From Cirrosporium novae-zelandiae (Eukaryota), in NCBI GenBank assembly GCA_026023565.1, contig JAPETS010000003.1, positions 558,001-622,000 of the forward strand: a stretch of DNA of 64,000 bases, written 5' to 3'. Each line of letters begins with the position of its first letter. Within the stretch, counting starts at the first letter, position 1. Under the pieces are notes generated by a model. That model made no database searches. It worked only from the letters and a program-made list of their open reading frames with translations, and was not told the DNA's origin. Positions 34,963-45,855 of the stretch are shown here, piece after piece. The position numbers and the translations under genes were made by a program.

Positions 34963-37596
34963 ATGGCAGCAGCAGCATCCCCTACCCCTCTATCGTCAAC
35001 TCATGGCAGTCAATATGGTCTTGCCAGGCGCCCTTCCAATCGATCAATCTATTCAGGGCAGTCCTCTTCTCGATCCCTCCCCAGGCGCGGATCTCCTCTT
35101 TCCTATGCTACATCCACCAATGCGCCCGCGTCAGTGTCGCGACAATTCTCCATAGGCGACAGCTCAGATGATGACGTCCCTGCTCCAATGAAACTTAGCG
35201 CCGCTGCAAAGGCCTTGCTTGGGGAGGAGGCTTCTTTATTTGATGGTGACAATGGTGATGGATCTCCAATCGGTAGTCGAAGTTCGCACTCACGCCATGG
35301 GTCACCATTGTCACGAGAGCATGGTTCTAGGAGACAGAGCCCTACTGAATTTAGATCAAGCTATAGAGCTCGGTTGGATTCTTCATCACGACATAGTAGC
35401 CCTAAGCCCAGAGTTGTTCGTCTTAGTGGAGGTTCTGCCAGTTCCATGACAGTTAAGCGAAGTGCGCTTGAATCAGGCACAGATAGCGAAGGGCGAAATT
35501 CACGTGAAGGAATTCCTCAAGATCTCATTACTCCTGCGCCACGCCCCCGCAGCTATGCATACGGTTCAACAAGACCTCAATCAGGATCGCCAGTTTCGAG
35601 AGGCAGTGGTGGCTCCGGTGGCGATGATCATGAGATGTTAGGAGGCGGAATAGATAGGATACGCCCAGCAAGCCGGGATGCCGCGTATAATCCAGAAGGG
35701 AGTGCATATCGACCAAGTTCATCAATTTTAAGGCATCGGGAGGAAGAGCTACCGATACAAGGGTCAATGCGGGTAAGGCGCACGGGTGTCAAATCTATAG
35801 GAAGGATGTCCGGCACATTGTTGAGGGGTCCAGCAAGACGAGGGATGATCCGGAGGCCATCGGAAGAACCGAATGTAGAGCTACATCAGCAAACAGATGA
35901 TCATGATGATGAAAAAGAACTAGAGAGAAAGGAAAGCCCTGCAGCAGATCTTGATATCAAGCAAAATGTCTCGAACTCAGAATACCAAGAACGAGAAGTA
36001 CCAAGGATGCCGGCAGCATCTACAAGTCATGTTCGTTGGTCATCTACATCATCACTATATCAACGATCTGAACGAGAAAACATTCAATCAGTTCCACGCA
36101 GTTCTTCGAGGGCACCACAGTTAGACGTTGGATTCACACCTGCCCCAGCGAGTGACAAATCAGCAGACCGACCAGCAAGCAGCAGACCAATGTCATTCAA
36201 AGTACCGCCCCCACTACAATTACCATCAAATCGCGATCAAGAGAATGATCCCCCGCCGACATTTAAAAGAAACAAGCCGCCGGAAGCTTACTCATTGCTG
36301 GATAAAGTGCAAAAAGACCGTGATGTAGTTGAGGAGAAGCATGTGGAATATACACCAGCCACATCTCCGCGGCGATCCGCACTGGGTCCTCGAAGTCAAA
36401 ACACTCCTCGCCGGCCAGCGCCTCCTCCACCAAAGATGACGGTGCTTGAGACAGCTACAACAGCTGCAGGTGCAAGTGCTGTCTCCCAAACAAAGAGGAG
36501 GAGGAACTACTTGTCTGTAAATGGCAAACTTTTCTCAAGATTAGACCTTCTCGGACGAGGAGGTAGCTCCAAGGTCTATCGCGTAATGGCGGAGAACTTC
36601 CAGGAGTTTGCTCTAAAGAGAGTTGATCTTACAGATGTCGATGAGGCGACGGTTAGGGGCTACAAAGGGGAGATTGATCTCCTCAAGAAACTAGAAAAGG
36701 TGGAAAGAGTGATTCGATTACTCGATTGGGAAAGGAAGAAGAGCCACGATAAGGAAACTGGAGATGAAAAGGATACCTTGGTAATTTTAATGGAGAAGGG
36801 AGAAATTGAGCTGGAGAAATTGCTGAAATCCATACTCCACGCCGAAAATGCGAGATTCGATATCAGCTTCACACGATATTACTGGAAAGAGATGCTCACC
36901 TGCGTCAAGGCTATCCATGAATTCGATGTTGTACATTCAGACTTGAAGCCTGCCAACTTTGTCCTTGTCAAGGGTAGTCTGAAGCTCATTGACTTTGGTA
37001 TTGCCAATGCTATCCAGGATGATACCGTCAATGTCCATCGTGAGCAACAAGTCGGGACTCCAAATTACATGTCCCCCGAAGCGCTTATTGACATCAATGC
37101 CATGGCTGGCCATCCTTCATCGGCAGGCAAGCTGCTCAAGATTGGAAAGCCAAGTGATGTGTGGAGTTTAGGATGTATTCTCTACCGAATGGTATATGGG
37201 CGTCCTCCATTTGATCATATCCCTAAGCAATACGAGAAAATCATGGCAATCCCTAATCCGAAATACGTGATTGACTTTCCCAATACCGGAGTAGGCGGTG
37301 CACCCATCCCTGCAGGTCTCATTCGCACCTTGAGACGATGTCTGAACCGAGACCCGAGACTACGACCCACAGTCGAAGATTTACTTAGCGAGGAAGACCA
37401 ATTTTTACATCCTGACTGGGAAGCCTTGGGAGCCCTGCCCATTGATCAAGAACTCTTAGGACGCCTTCTCCAAACTGTTGTCAATCACTGCCGGAACGGA
37501 GATATACCCTCGGACTCAGAGATAGTCGGAATATGGACCCCACAGCTATTTGCAAAAGTGAAAAGCATGATGCACGATGATGGGAAACTACGGTGA
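34963..37596 (+). CDS. MPS1: Spindle-checkpoint kinase Mps1/Mph1
   Basis: LGRGGSSKVYRV, FALKRV, GYKGEIDLL, HSDLKPANF, DFGIANAIQDDTVNVHREQQVGTPNYMSPE, SDVWSLGCILY after a long disordered N-terminus. Confidence 0.93.
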   Translation: MAAAASPTPLSSTHGSQYGLARRPSNRSIYSGQSSSRSLPRRGSPLSYATSTNAPASVSRQFSIGDSSDDDVPAPMKLSAAAKALLGEEASLFDGDNGDGSPIGSRSSHSRHGSPLSREHGSRRQSPTEFRSSYRARLDSSSRHSSPKPRVVRLSGGSASSMTVKRSALESGTDSEGRNSREGIPQDLITPAPRPRSYAYGSTRPQSGSPVSRGSGGSGGDDHEMLGGGIDRIRPASRDAAYNPEGSAYRPSSSILRHREEELPIQGSMRVRRTGVKSIGRMSGTLLRGPARRGMIRRPSEEPNVELHQQTDDHDDEKELERKESPAADLDIKQNVSNSEYQEREVPRMPAASTSHVRWSSTSSLYQRSERENIQSVPRSSSRAPQLDVGFTPAPASDKSADRPASSRPMSFKVPPPLQLPSNRDQENDPPPTFKRNKPPEAYSLLDKVQKDRDVVEEKHVEYTPATSPRRSALGPRSQNTPRRPAPPPPKMTVLETATTAAGASAVSQTKRRRNYLSVNGKLFSRLDLLGRGGSSKVYRVMAENFQEFALKRVDLTDVDEATVRGYKGEIDLLKKLEKVERVIRLLDWERKKSHDKETGDEKDTLVILMEKGEIELEKLLKSILHAENARFDISFTRYYWKEMLTCVKAIHEFDVVHSDLKPANFVLVKGSLKLIDFGIANAIQDDTVNVHREQQVGTPNYMSPEALIDINAMAGHPSSAGKLLKIGKPSDVWSLGCILYRMVYGRPPFDHIPKQYEKIMAIPNPKYVIDFPNTGVGGAPIPAGLIRTLRRCLNRDPRLRPTVEDLLSEEDQFLHPDWEALGALPIDQELLGRLLQTVVNHCRNGDIPSDSEIVGIWTPQLFAKVKSMMHDDGKLR

Positions 37597-38685
37597 AAGT
37601 GCAGGAACCAAACCAGTAAAGAGATATAGATGAAGCTATCAGGAGGGTTGGGGGTCGGTTTACTTGCATCATTTGTATTCTTGTGTACGAATATACCACC
37701 TTCGCGGTCTTTCCTTTGTACTGTACAACTCCATTGCGTTCCAGCGAGCATTTCCTTTTCCTTGTGAAGCATAATGTGTCAACTGAGGACTGGGTTTTGG
37801 TTCTCTTTTTTTTTCGGTTTTGGATAACTCGGGGGAATTGATGTTTCCTTTTTTGGATGAAGGGAGGGGGTGGCTTTTGTATTGGATACCTCTTTTTTCT
37901 TGTACCTGTGAAGGAGGGGAAGAAGGGCGGGTAGGTTGGTTGTACCTCTGGATAGAAAAAGAAGGGAATGGGGAAGGAAAGTAAGGAAGGAAAGAAGGAA
38001 AGATAACAGAAAGGGGAAACCCCAATTTTATGTGGTACCCTTTTTTATTACCATCTGAGCTGTAACACTGGGTGGTAGGGGGGAATTCAGAACCCCTAAT
38101 CAATCAATAGTCAAGTCAAATTCATGTTGAAAACAAAAAGAGAGAGAGAGAGAAAACTCGGATCACCTTTTTTTATACCTTTGGTAGTGAGTGAGTGCAT
38201 ATTGCTAGCTGTGGCTCTCTCTTACGTATATATATATAGTATAGTATAGGACAAGCAAGAAGAGAACAAAAGATAGGATAGGATAGGATAGGATAGCAAA
38301 AATGGAGATATAAAAATCAAAATCAAATAGACTAATCTTTCATTTTGCGAGGAGAGGGGGGGGATTTTAAAAATTTAAAAGCGTTCTTTTCATCCACATA
38401 TAACTTAATCTTATAGTCAAAAAAAAACATTACCTACAAACTTTTACTTTCGAACGAGTTAAAAAAATGAAACTAAAAAGACGACCCCCGCCCCCCTCTC
38501 CCGGCAAAAAAAGAAAAAAAGAAAAAAAAAACGAACCCAGGAAAATACCCTTGATTAGGGACGGAGTGGAGAGTCGGCTTTCAAATTAGAATTGAATTTG
38601 CTAATTAATTAATTATTGAAAACTGGTTGTTATTTTTTTCTTTTTCTTTTTCTTTTTCTTTAGGGATCAACTTTCTGGTCTTTTC

Positions 38686-38735
38686 TAGTCTGGTCTGGTC
38701 TGGTCTGGTCTGGTCTGGTCTGGTCTGGTCTGGTC
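38686..38735. repeat. (GTCTG)n pentanucleotide microsatellite in a microsatellite-rich spacer
   Basis: About nine tandem GTCTG units; neighbouring (GATAG)n, (TATG)n and (CCTA)n tracts. Confidence 0.85.
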
Positions 38736-39744
38736 GTTCGTTTTCATTTCCATCCAACCAACCTTCCCATCGGAAGTTTCTTAGGTACCTAGGTATAAGT
38801 TTTATCATCCCATGGGAAGCGATTCTTCAGGAGCTTGACCTTGTGTGTATGTATGTATGTATGTAATATATATCGACCTACCTACCTACCTACCTACCTA
38901 CAGCTAAGTAGACAACAACGTCCCCAGCAACCCCTCAACACCGCCCGTATTCTGCAGACTCCTCCTCGTCCAATCCCAACCCCGCTTTCCCCTTCCACTC
39001 TCCATTCCCCAGTACTTTACTAGAATATGTTATATGATATATGTTATATCATCCCTACCTATCTACTATGGATACTAGCTGCATGTTTGTGTGTTTGTAT
39101 GCGCTTGTCTATTCGTGTAGAAATTTCTCGAGGCTAGGGAGAGAGGGAGAGAGGGGGGAGGATGAGTATTATATGGAGAGATAGATTGGTGATAGAGGCT
39201 TTTGTTCCCCGTTGGCTTGATTTATAGATTTGCGTAACTTGCATGGGTAGCACTTAGCTAGTACAATTGATAAACCAGGTTAGGATTGCCCCTATAGAAT
39301 GACTGGCCGTTAGCGCTTCTTTCTTTCGCTGTCGAAAAGACCAATGCTCTCTTTCTATGTGCCCGCCCGCCCGCCCGCTTATTCTGAATATCGTTTCTTT
39401 TAGTTTAGTGATTGATAGCCCGTTTTCTTTTTTTGGTTGGTTGGTTGGTTGCAAAACATCCCCAATGATTAAGATCAAGTGAGTCCACCTCGTCCCCCTC
39501 AAAAAAGTATCCCCTCCGATTTCTATTCCTCGTGGCTATTATCCCCTTGCTTGAGTTATCATCCCCACAAGCTTGGAACAAGTAATCCAATTGTTAGTAC
39601 CCATCACCCTGATGTCTAGACTTTTTTCGTTTTGCGCTGCGGTGGTGATAATCTTGATATCGAGTTATCCCTATCTCTCTCGCTCAAACTCCGTGAACGC
39701 CGTTGCAAAATGCATAGATAGATTTCTTGGGGTATCTATTATCC

Positions 39745-40876
39745 TTATACAAGTAGCACCGCGTTCACGCAGCCGTCGTTCTCGGGGGTGTTCTGCATTC
39801 TAAATTAGCTTGCATATAAAAGGTAAGTAAAGGAAGGCTACGAACTGTGATCTGGGCATATCTTCCCCAAACGACCTTCCCTCCCGCGGTGACCATCCCC
39901 AGCTCTGAAACATTCACCTCTATGACTGTGCCTTTGGAGAGGACGCCGAGCTGGGTGTATAGGGGGTTTTGGGGGTTCTTCTTCACCCCAAGAATGGGGA
40001 GTTGGACAGTTACACCGAGTTCTGTGTGAGTGACATTTGCTTGGTTGCTGTTAGCTTCTTGATGGTCTGGGCATATTTATATGGGGCAAAGCAAACCTTT
40101 TTTGTACCTCAGCCCCATCTAAATAAATTAGTACGTAGCTTTTTTCACTTGGAGGTAGAAGCTTTGACTTACTGGACGGATAAAACGTTCATACTTGACG
40201 GGTCTCCGAGTAAAGTCAGGTCCAACAAATCTACATCAAATGTCAGTTCCGGTCAAATCAGAACCGGGATAAGAAAGACAAACGTAGGCTTCGTAACCAT
40301 TCTTTTCCAACTCTTCTTCCCAGTCTTCTTTCCAGTATTGACAACCTTGAACATTTCCTCCTCTGAAATCCCCTTGACCTTTGGAAGTGGAACCGAAAAC
40401 TTGGCCGCCTTCTCATTCCTCCTCTCTTTAATAGCAGAACTCAGTGCCTTGGCATTCTTCTCTTGTCCTCTATCCAACAAATATTCTGGAATCGGCTCTG
40501 ACGAAGGCCCAGCATTATCTGTAGATTTAACATTCCGTTCCTCATGCTGTTTGATCCGCTTGCGCATTTCAATCTTCTCCTTGCGACGTTTTTGTTGGTT
40601 CAATTTGGCCCGTAGACCGCGGAAATTTTGCGCATTCGCCGATTGTTTGTGAGATTCTCTGGCTTCTCGTTTCCGCGTGCGTTCTTCATGGTCCAGACGT
40701 TTCCCGTGGAGCTTTGTCCACCGCTCGATATAGCTGTGTAGGTAGTGGTGGTGTCAGTGGTTATCTTCTTGGACATGGATAAGCTTCAAGGGCGACAAAC
40801 TCGTTTTGAGGCTATAAGACAAGCATAATATTAGCAATCCTGATCAATCAAGCGCCTTCAAAATCACACTCACCAT
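39745..40876 (-). CDS. NSA2: 60S ribosome biogenesis protein Nsa2, six introns
   Basis: Spliced [23 protein letters not shown]...[12 protein letters not shown]...[42 protein letters not shown]...[23 protein letters not shown]. Confidence 0.95.
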
Positions 40877-41236
40877 CTTAACTTTAGTATTCTCTCCAGA
40901 GGACAAGGATTCAGGAGGTTGTAGAACTTGAAGCTGTTGGTTCAAAAAAGTAGTGCGGCGAAAGTTCAATGTCGAAATCTTGGCGGGAGCTAGCTCTATC
41001 GGGATAAAGATGTTCCAGGATTTCCGAGAAATTTCCTGTGTTGCTTTTTATTGCTGTGTATCTTGTATTTTTTATTTTATCTACAGAATGCCAAGTATTC
41101 GAGCTGTAAATGTATAACAAGTAACCAGACGAACTATCCTGCTAGCCTTCTCCTAGAACCTATGAGTTCATTTCTAAGAATGAAGTGGTGATTTTAGGTA
41201 CATGTACAATAAGATACAAGGCGATCTTACCAGATC

Positions 41237-42460
41237 TCAATTCCATTTACCGCGCAATATCTGCTTCAATACTTCCTCGGAATGATTCATCCCAATTGTA
41301 AAATGCGTTTCTCCCGGGTATTCTATCAACTCTGCATGTGGCAGACGCTTTGCCATCCGACGGCCATGGGAAATTGGTGTATTCCGATCTCTAGTTCCAT
41401 ACCATAACCTCACAGTTTTAAACGTAATGTCCTCCAACTTAAAGCCCCAGGGGGAAGTAACAAGCCGAATCTCCTCGGCAAGACCGTTTCCACCTTGGCG
41501 ATAGCTCTCCCTCGCAGCCTTGGTGAGGATTTGTAGAGTCTCCTTGTTATCAAAGGCAGCCCTATCCTCGCCCTTCAAATTGAAAAGCTGTTTGGCCATC
41601 ATGTCCTCAAAGATCTCTGGATCAGGGTCTCGTGCCGCCCGCCCAATCGAATCGTCAACTAGGTGCATTACTCCAGGCCACCACGACCCCACATTTAGCA
41701 ACACACGTTGCGCGGTATTCATTCCCTTGGTCCCCATCTCCCAAGGTCCCATCCCGGCCAAAACTCCAACCCCCTTTAGCTGTTCCGGTGAGAGCGCCTT
41801 CGCGCATGCCAGCGAATACGCTCCTCCTCCAGAACCTCCTATGACAGCAAACCGACTTAACTTAAGGTGTTGCGCAAGGCTGTTAATATCGGCCGGCCAA
41901 TCCAAGACCTTTCTATTTGGATAGAAGGTCGAGAGGCCCATACCAGGACGGTCAACACTAATAATACGGGCATCCAGCCTCTTTGCCAGATCATCCCATT
42001 CCTCTGGCTCAAAACGGGACCCAGGAAAGCCGTGAAAGAAGAAAATTGGGGCACCTTTGGGGTGGCCGTATTCCGCAAAGCCTAGAAAGCGGCCATCAGA
42101 GAGCTCATGTGTCTGGCTATCAAGTGTTGTTTTTATTTTAACTTGTGAAGATTTGTAACGTGTAGGCTGTCGACCTATCGGTGATAATATCAAAAAAACA
42201 TAATTAGCATACGGCAATCCAGAATTCCACTCCAATGGGGAAATATACAGATATTTCTCAGGCCAAAAGGCCTCAATCGGGAATACATCTTTCCAAAGAG
42301 TACAGGACAGACCTGAGCCAGCCAATGAATAATATTTATTCAATTGAGTCCATTCATGTGTTTGTAACCAGATACCCCATGCATCCGGAAATACTTTCAG
42401 ACGGCTTGGCTTTGGTCGTCTATTGATACATGGCAGGTAACCATCGGTGAAGAAACTCAA
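41237..42460 (-). CDS. Alpha/beta hydrolase; true 5' exon unresolved (branch and acceptor near 42205/42176)
   Basis: LSDGRFLGFAEYG, FFHGFPGSR, VDRPGMGLS, GGSGGG nucleophile elbow, LWYGTRD, GETHF. Confidence 0.85.
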   Translation of the reverse strand: MSFFTDGYLPCINRRPKPSRLKVFPDAWGIWLQTHEWTQLNKYYSLAGSGLSCTLWKDVFPIEAFWPEKYLYISPLEWNSGLPYANYVFLILSPIGRQPTRYKSSQVKIKTTLDSQTHELSDGRFLGFAEYGHPKGAPIFFFHGFPGSRFEPEEWDDLAKRLDARIISVDRPGMGLSTFYPNRKVLDWPADINSLAQHLKLSRFAVIGGSGGGAYSLACAKALSPEQLKGVGVLAGMGPWEMGTKGMNTAQRVLLNVGSWWPGVMHLVDDSIGRAARDPDPEIFEDMMAKQLFNLKGEDRAAFDNKETLQILTKAARESYRQGGNGLAEEIRLVTSPWGFKLEDITFKTVRLWYGTRDRNTPISHGRRMAKRLPHAELIEYPGETHFTIGMNHSEEVLKQILRGKWN

Positions 42461-43218
42461 TCCTTGCTCTCAAGAAGGGTCATGTAAAGAGGGATTAATT
42501 AATTAACTAATTAATTACCTTCATATCCTACTTTTCAAGAAGCGAACAATATACAGACTCTACCTCGATTGCCTTAGGCATAGATACTGAATAATTACGA
42601 AATACAGTATGGAAGGTATTTTATTGAATAAGCTTATCTTATCTTATCTATCTTGGCTATGAGCAAAGTCAGATCTAAAAGCCCCGCGGTGCTCGCTCCT
42701 TCGTGGATTGGCCATGCACCTTAGCTGAACGTCTACTCGAGTAGGCTATGTATGACACATGAACAATAGAAGAAACATCCTGCCAGTCATTATTACTTGT
42801 AGTACAACTTCAGCCTCTTTCTTACTTGCCACTTCATATTATTATGCACGTTTCCCAAAAGGCAGCCAATATCAGTCAAGCCAGTCGATCCTCCTAGGAC
42901 TAGCCAAACATGTATGGTGATTTCTTTCGTCATAATACCTATTTTGGATAAAAGACAGGCTATGCATGCATGCATTTTATGACGCCAACTGTGTAATGGC
43001 TTACCCTGCTTATTCGCAATACCTAGAGCTGACAGGCGAGCATGCTATAAAAATGCCCTGACGTATCATTCTTTTCATATTTCAAGCCTCAAGATATCGA
43101 CCTTCTATGAGCAATCCCTAGCAGTCAATGCTCAAAAAACCTAGAAATATTCGAGACCTACTTCCATTCATCCCCTCCGCAATTGTCAAGAAGCAGAGTG
43201 TAGGTCATAACCATCAGG

Positions 43219-45024
43219 ATGAGCGAAGAAGATGAATACCGCCATGAGCAATCCATCACAGAACCTGGGAAGATTCGTTTGTTAACGCTGCACCCCGCGA
43301 ATCCAAATGCCAACATCCAGATTTCATTCCGGGTTGTTAAATTATCAAAGCCAGATTCTGAATATGATGCCCTCTCGTACACTTGGGGAGACCCCAAACC
43401 GCCTGGCCACAAGATATTTGTCCAGTCCAACAAAAAGCCTCAACATCTCCAGTATCTCCAGCCTATTCATATTACGGAAAATCTCTATGCAGCATTAAAA
43501 CATTTGAGACACAAAAACGAAGCCCGATCTCTGTGGGTGGATGCGCTTTGTATTAATCAGGAGCGAGGTAATGCAGAGAAAGGCAAACAAATTGAGCAGA
43601 TGGACAAGATATTTAACAATGCAAAAGAGGTGTATGTCTGGCTTGGGCAATCCGACGAAACCAGTGACATGGCTATGGAGTTTATTAGAGAAGTTGCTAG
43701 CCCATCAAAATTTGAGCGACTCATTACAAAGGATGAGAATTGCGACAAGTGGAAAGCATTGACAAAGTTGATGACCCGGCCTTGGTTTAGTCGTCGCTGG
43801 GTGGTACAAGAGATAGCTCTGGCGAAGAGTGTATCTCTATGCTGCGGCCGAAAGCGCATTAGATGGTCCAAGTTTGCAGATGCGGTTGGGCTGATTGGGT
43901 CAGAATGGCCTAGAATTAGGAGACTTCTTACAAAAAATCGGAAAGCATTCTTGGGCGATACCCATGCTTTGGGTGCTAGTGCACTTGTGGAATTGTCAAA
44001 CAACCTGTTACGAACGGCTGATGATGGGAAGACTCTGGTGCGTCTCGCAACACTTGAGTACCTTGTGTCTAACCTAACTACATTCAACGTGACGGAACCA
44101 CACGATATGATATACTCTCTATTAGCATTGGCCAAAGATACTCAAAATGGAGAGATACAAGTCCACTATTCGAAGTCGGTGGACAGTTTGTGTGCAAAAG
44201 TGGTGAAACTTAGTATCAGGACATCAAATTCATTGGATATTATTTGCCGCCCGTGGGCTTCTGTGGAGGATAAGTCACTACCCAGTTGGGTTTGTTCAGC
44301 GTCAAAGCATCCTTTTTCAATACGGTTCGTCGATAGGCAATTCGAGAGACAAAATGGGGATCTTTTTATAGGAAATCCTGATAAGAGAATTTATAACGCC
44401 GGGGGGATAGCAAAACGAAGCGACTATAAAATACAAGCAGCCCCCATTCTATCCGTCTGTGGAGTTGTGTTCGATAAAGCGGGCACCTTCGGAGGGATTG
44501 CAGAGCATGCCACCGTCCCTGCCAGGTGGTTGAAATTGGCAAAATGGAAAAATGTTACCGAAGACAATATCCCCGAAGCATTTTGCCGAACACTGGTGGC
44601 TGATCGAGGTTCGGATGGGAATCGACCTCCAACTTGGTACGGAAACGCAGCCAAAAGGGCATGGACTATTTCTACCTTGGACAGCTCTCCAACCCCAACT
44701 CTCGATATGGGAAAGATATTGCGCCAAGGACATCTTGCACCAAAAATAAAAGAGTTTCTGCTTCGGGTCCAGGCTACGATATTCGGAAGAAAATTTGTGG
44801 TTACTGAAGATAGAAAGCGATTCGGCCTGGGGCCCAGAAATATGAAACTAGGGGACTTGATTTGCGTCTTAAAGGGTTGCAGTGTTCCTGTAGTCCTTCG
44901 ACCCTCGACAGTATCACAAGGGACCTTTACGGTCATCGGAGAAGCGTATATTGATGGTGTGATGGACGGCGAATTGATGGAATCCGAAGCATTCAAGAAC
45001 AGAGAATGGTTCGACCTGAGCTAA
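43219..45024 (+). CDS. Heterokaryon-incompatibility HET-domain protein (HET-6-like)
   Basis: IRLLTLHP, YDALSYTWG, ITENLYAALKHLR, LWVDALCINQ, VYVWLG, WFSRRWVVQE, DMIYSLL, LPSWV, GD.ICVL.GCSVPVVLR, IGEAYIDGVMDGE. Confidence 0.93.
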   Translation: MSEEDEYRHEQSITEPGKIRLLTLHPANPNANIQISFRVVKLSKPDSEYDALSYTWGDPKPPGHKIFVQSNKKPQHLQYLQPIHITENLYAALKHLRHKNEARSLWVDALCINQERGNAEKGKQIEQMDKIFNNAKEVYVWLGQSDETSDMAMEFIREVASPSKFERLITKDENCDKWKALTKLMTRPWFSRRWVVQEIALAKSVSLCCGRKRIRWSKFADAVGLIGSEWPRIRRLLTKNRKAFLGDTHALGASALVELSNNLLRTADDGKTLVRLATLEYLVSNLTTFNVTEPHDMIYSLLALAKDTQNGEIQVHYSKSVDSLCAKVVKLSIRTSNSLDIICRPWASVEDKSLPSWVCSASKHPFSIRFVDRQFERQNGDLFIGNPDKRIYNAGGIAKRSDYKIQAAPILSVCGVVFDKAGTFGGIAEHATVPARWLKLAKWKNVTEDNIPEAFCRTLVADRGSDGNRPPTWYGNAAKRAWTISTLDSSPTPTLDMGKILRQGHLAPKIKEFLLRVQATIFGRKFVVTEDRKRFGLGPRNMKLGDLICVLKGCSVPVVLRPSTVSQGTFTVIGEAYIDGVMDGELMESEAFKNREWFDLS

Positions 45025-45354
45025 GTCGTAATGATTGTATAAGTATTAAGCATTATCTTGAGCCACATGAACCTTTAATTCTATAAGTTTTAACTCGTTA
45101 TAAATGAGAAATGAAGCATGGCCGAAGTTGAGTTGTAGGCGAAAGAAGCGGCCTCATGGCGGGCCGAAACCCCGAGGTTGATAGGCCAGTCGGCCCGATA
45201 GGGACTGTTTTACCCGAACATCACACATAGTCTACCTAACCCCCCATCATCCCACCATCTTTTCATTTCTCAATCTTGCATTTCTTAACCAGAGAATGTA
45301 GGATATCTCAAGAATACAATTATTACACACTTATGCACGAACCTATAACTAGCA

Positions 45355-45855
45355 ATGCCTAGACGACCTAAAGTTCCAGTCCTCTACGATGACACCCATC
45401 GCGGCTGTCACGGCTCCGCCAGCGTACACAGCATGGCGAACAATGCAACCCTCATTGGCTACCTCCAACACCATTTTTCCAGCACAGATGGCAGCTTCTC
45501 CATCTGTATCGCCGGTGGCCAAGGTAATGTTGTGAGCAAAACGCTTTATGAATCTATCCCAGAAGCGAATCGGCCTACTCTTGACACCCAAGACACCCCA
45601 GAAGTCGATTTTCTGATAGGCCCATCCCAGAAAGCTCTAGGCAGTATCATCATGCCTATTGTTCTTCGGAATCGTGACACGGGAAAAAAGTTTTGTATCA
45701 AACTATATGCGTTTGTTATAGAGCACCTGCTTATGGGGATGTTCATCGGCGCGTCCAACGACTGGCTTTTGTGTGACCAGGGGGGTACTCCTCGTACTTA
45801 TATCTGCGACTTTGGAAACGGAACTAGAACTGTAATTGAGCAGATTTCCCACTGA
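45355..45855 (+). CDS. Small hypothetical protein with a retropepsin-like pattern, lacking the catalytic Asp
   Basis: 166-aa ATG ORF; ICIAGGQGNVVS..L / G..KALGSIIMPI / AFVI..L..MFIG..DWL parallels the retroviral protease pattern DSG..N..S / flap G / ILG.DWL. Confidence 0.55.
   Translation: MPRRPKVPVLYDDTHRGCHGSASVHSMANNATLIGYLQHHFSSTDGSFSICIAGGQGNVVSKTLYESIPEANRPTLDTQDTPEVDFLIGPSQKALGSIIMPIVLRNRDTGKKFCIKLYAFVIEHLLMGMFIGASNDWLLCDQGGTPRTYICDFGNGTRTVIEQISH

Noticed and set aside
38686..38735. (GTCTG)n as another MITE copy or CRISPR-like array
   Set aside because: Pure microsatellite with no TIRs, TSD or spacers
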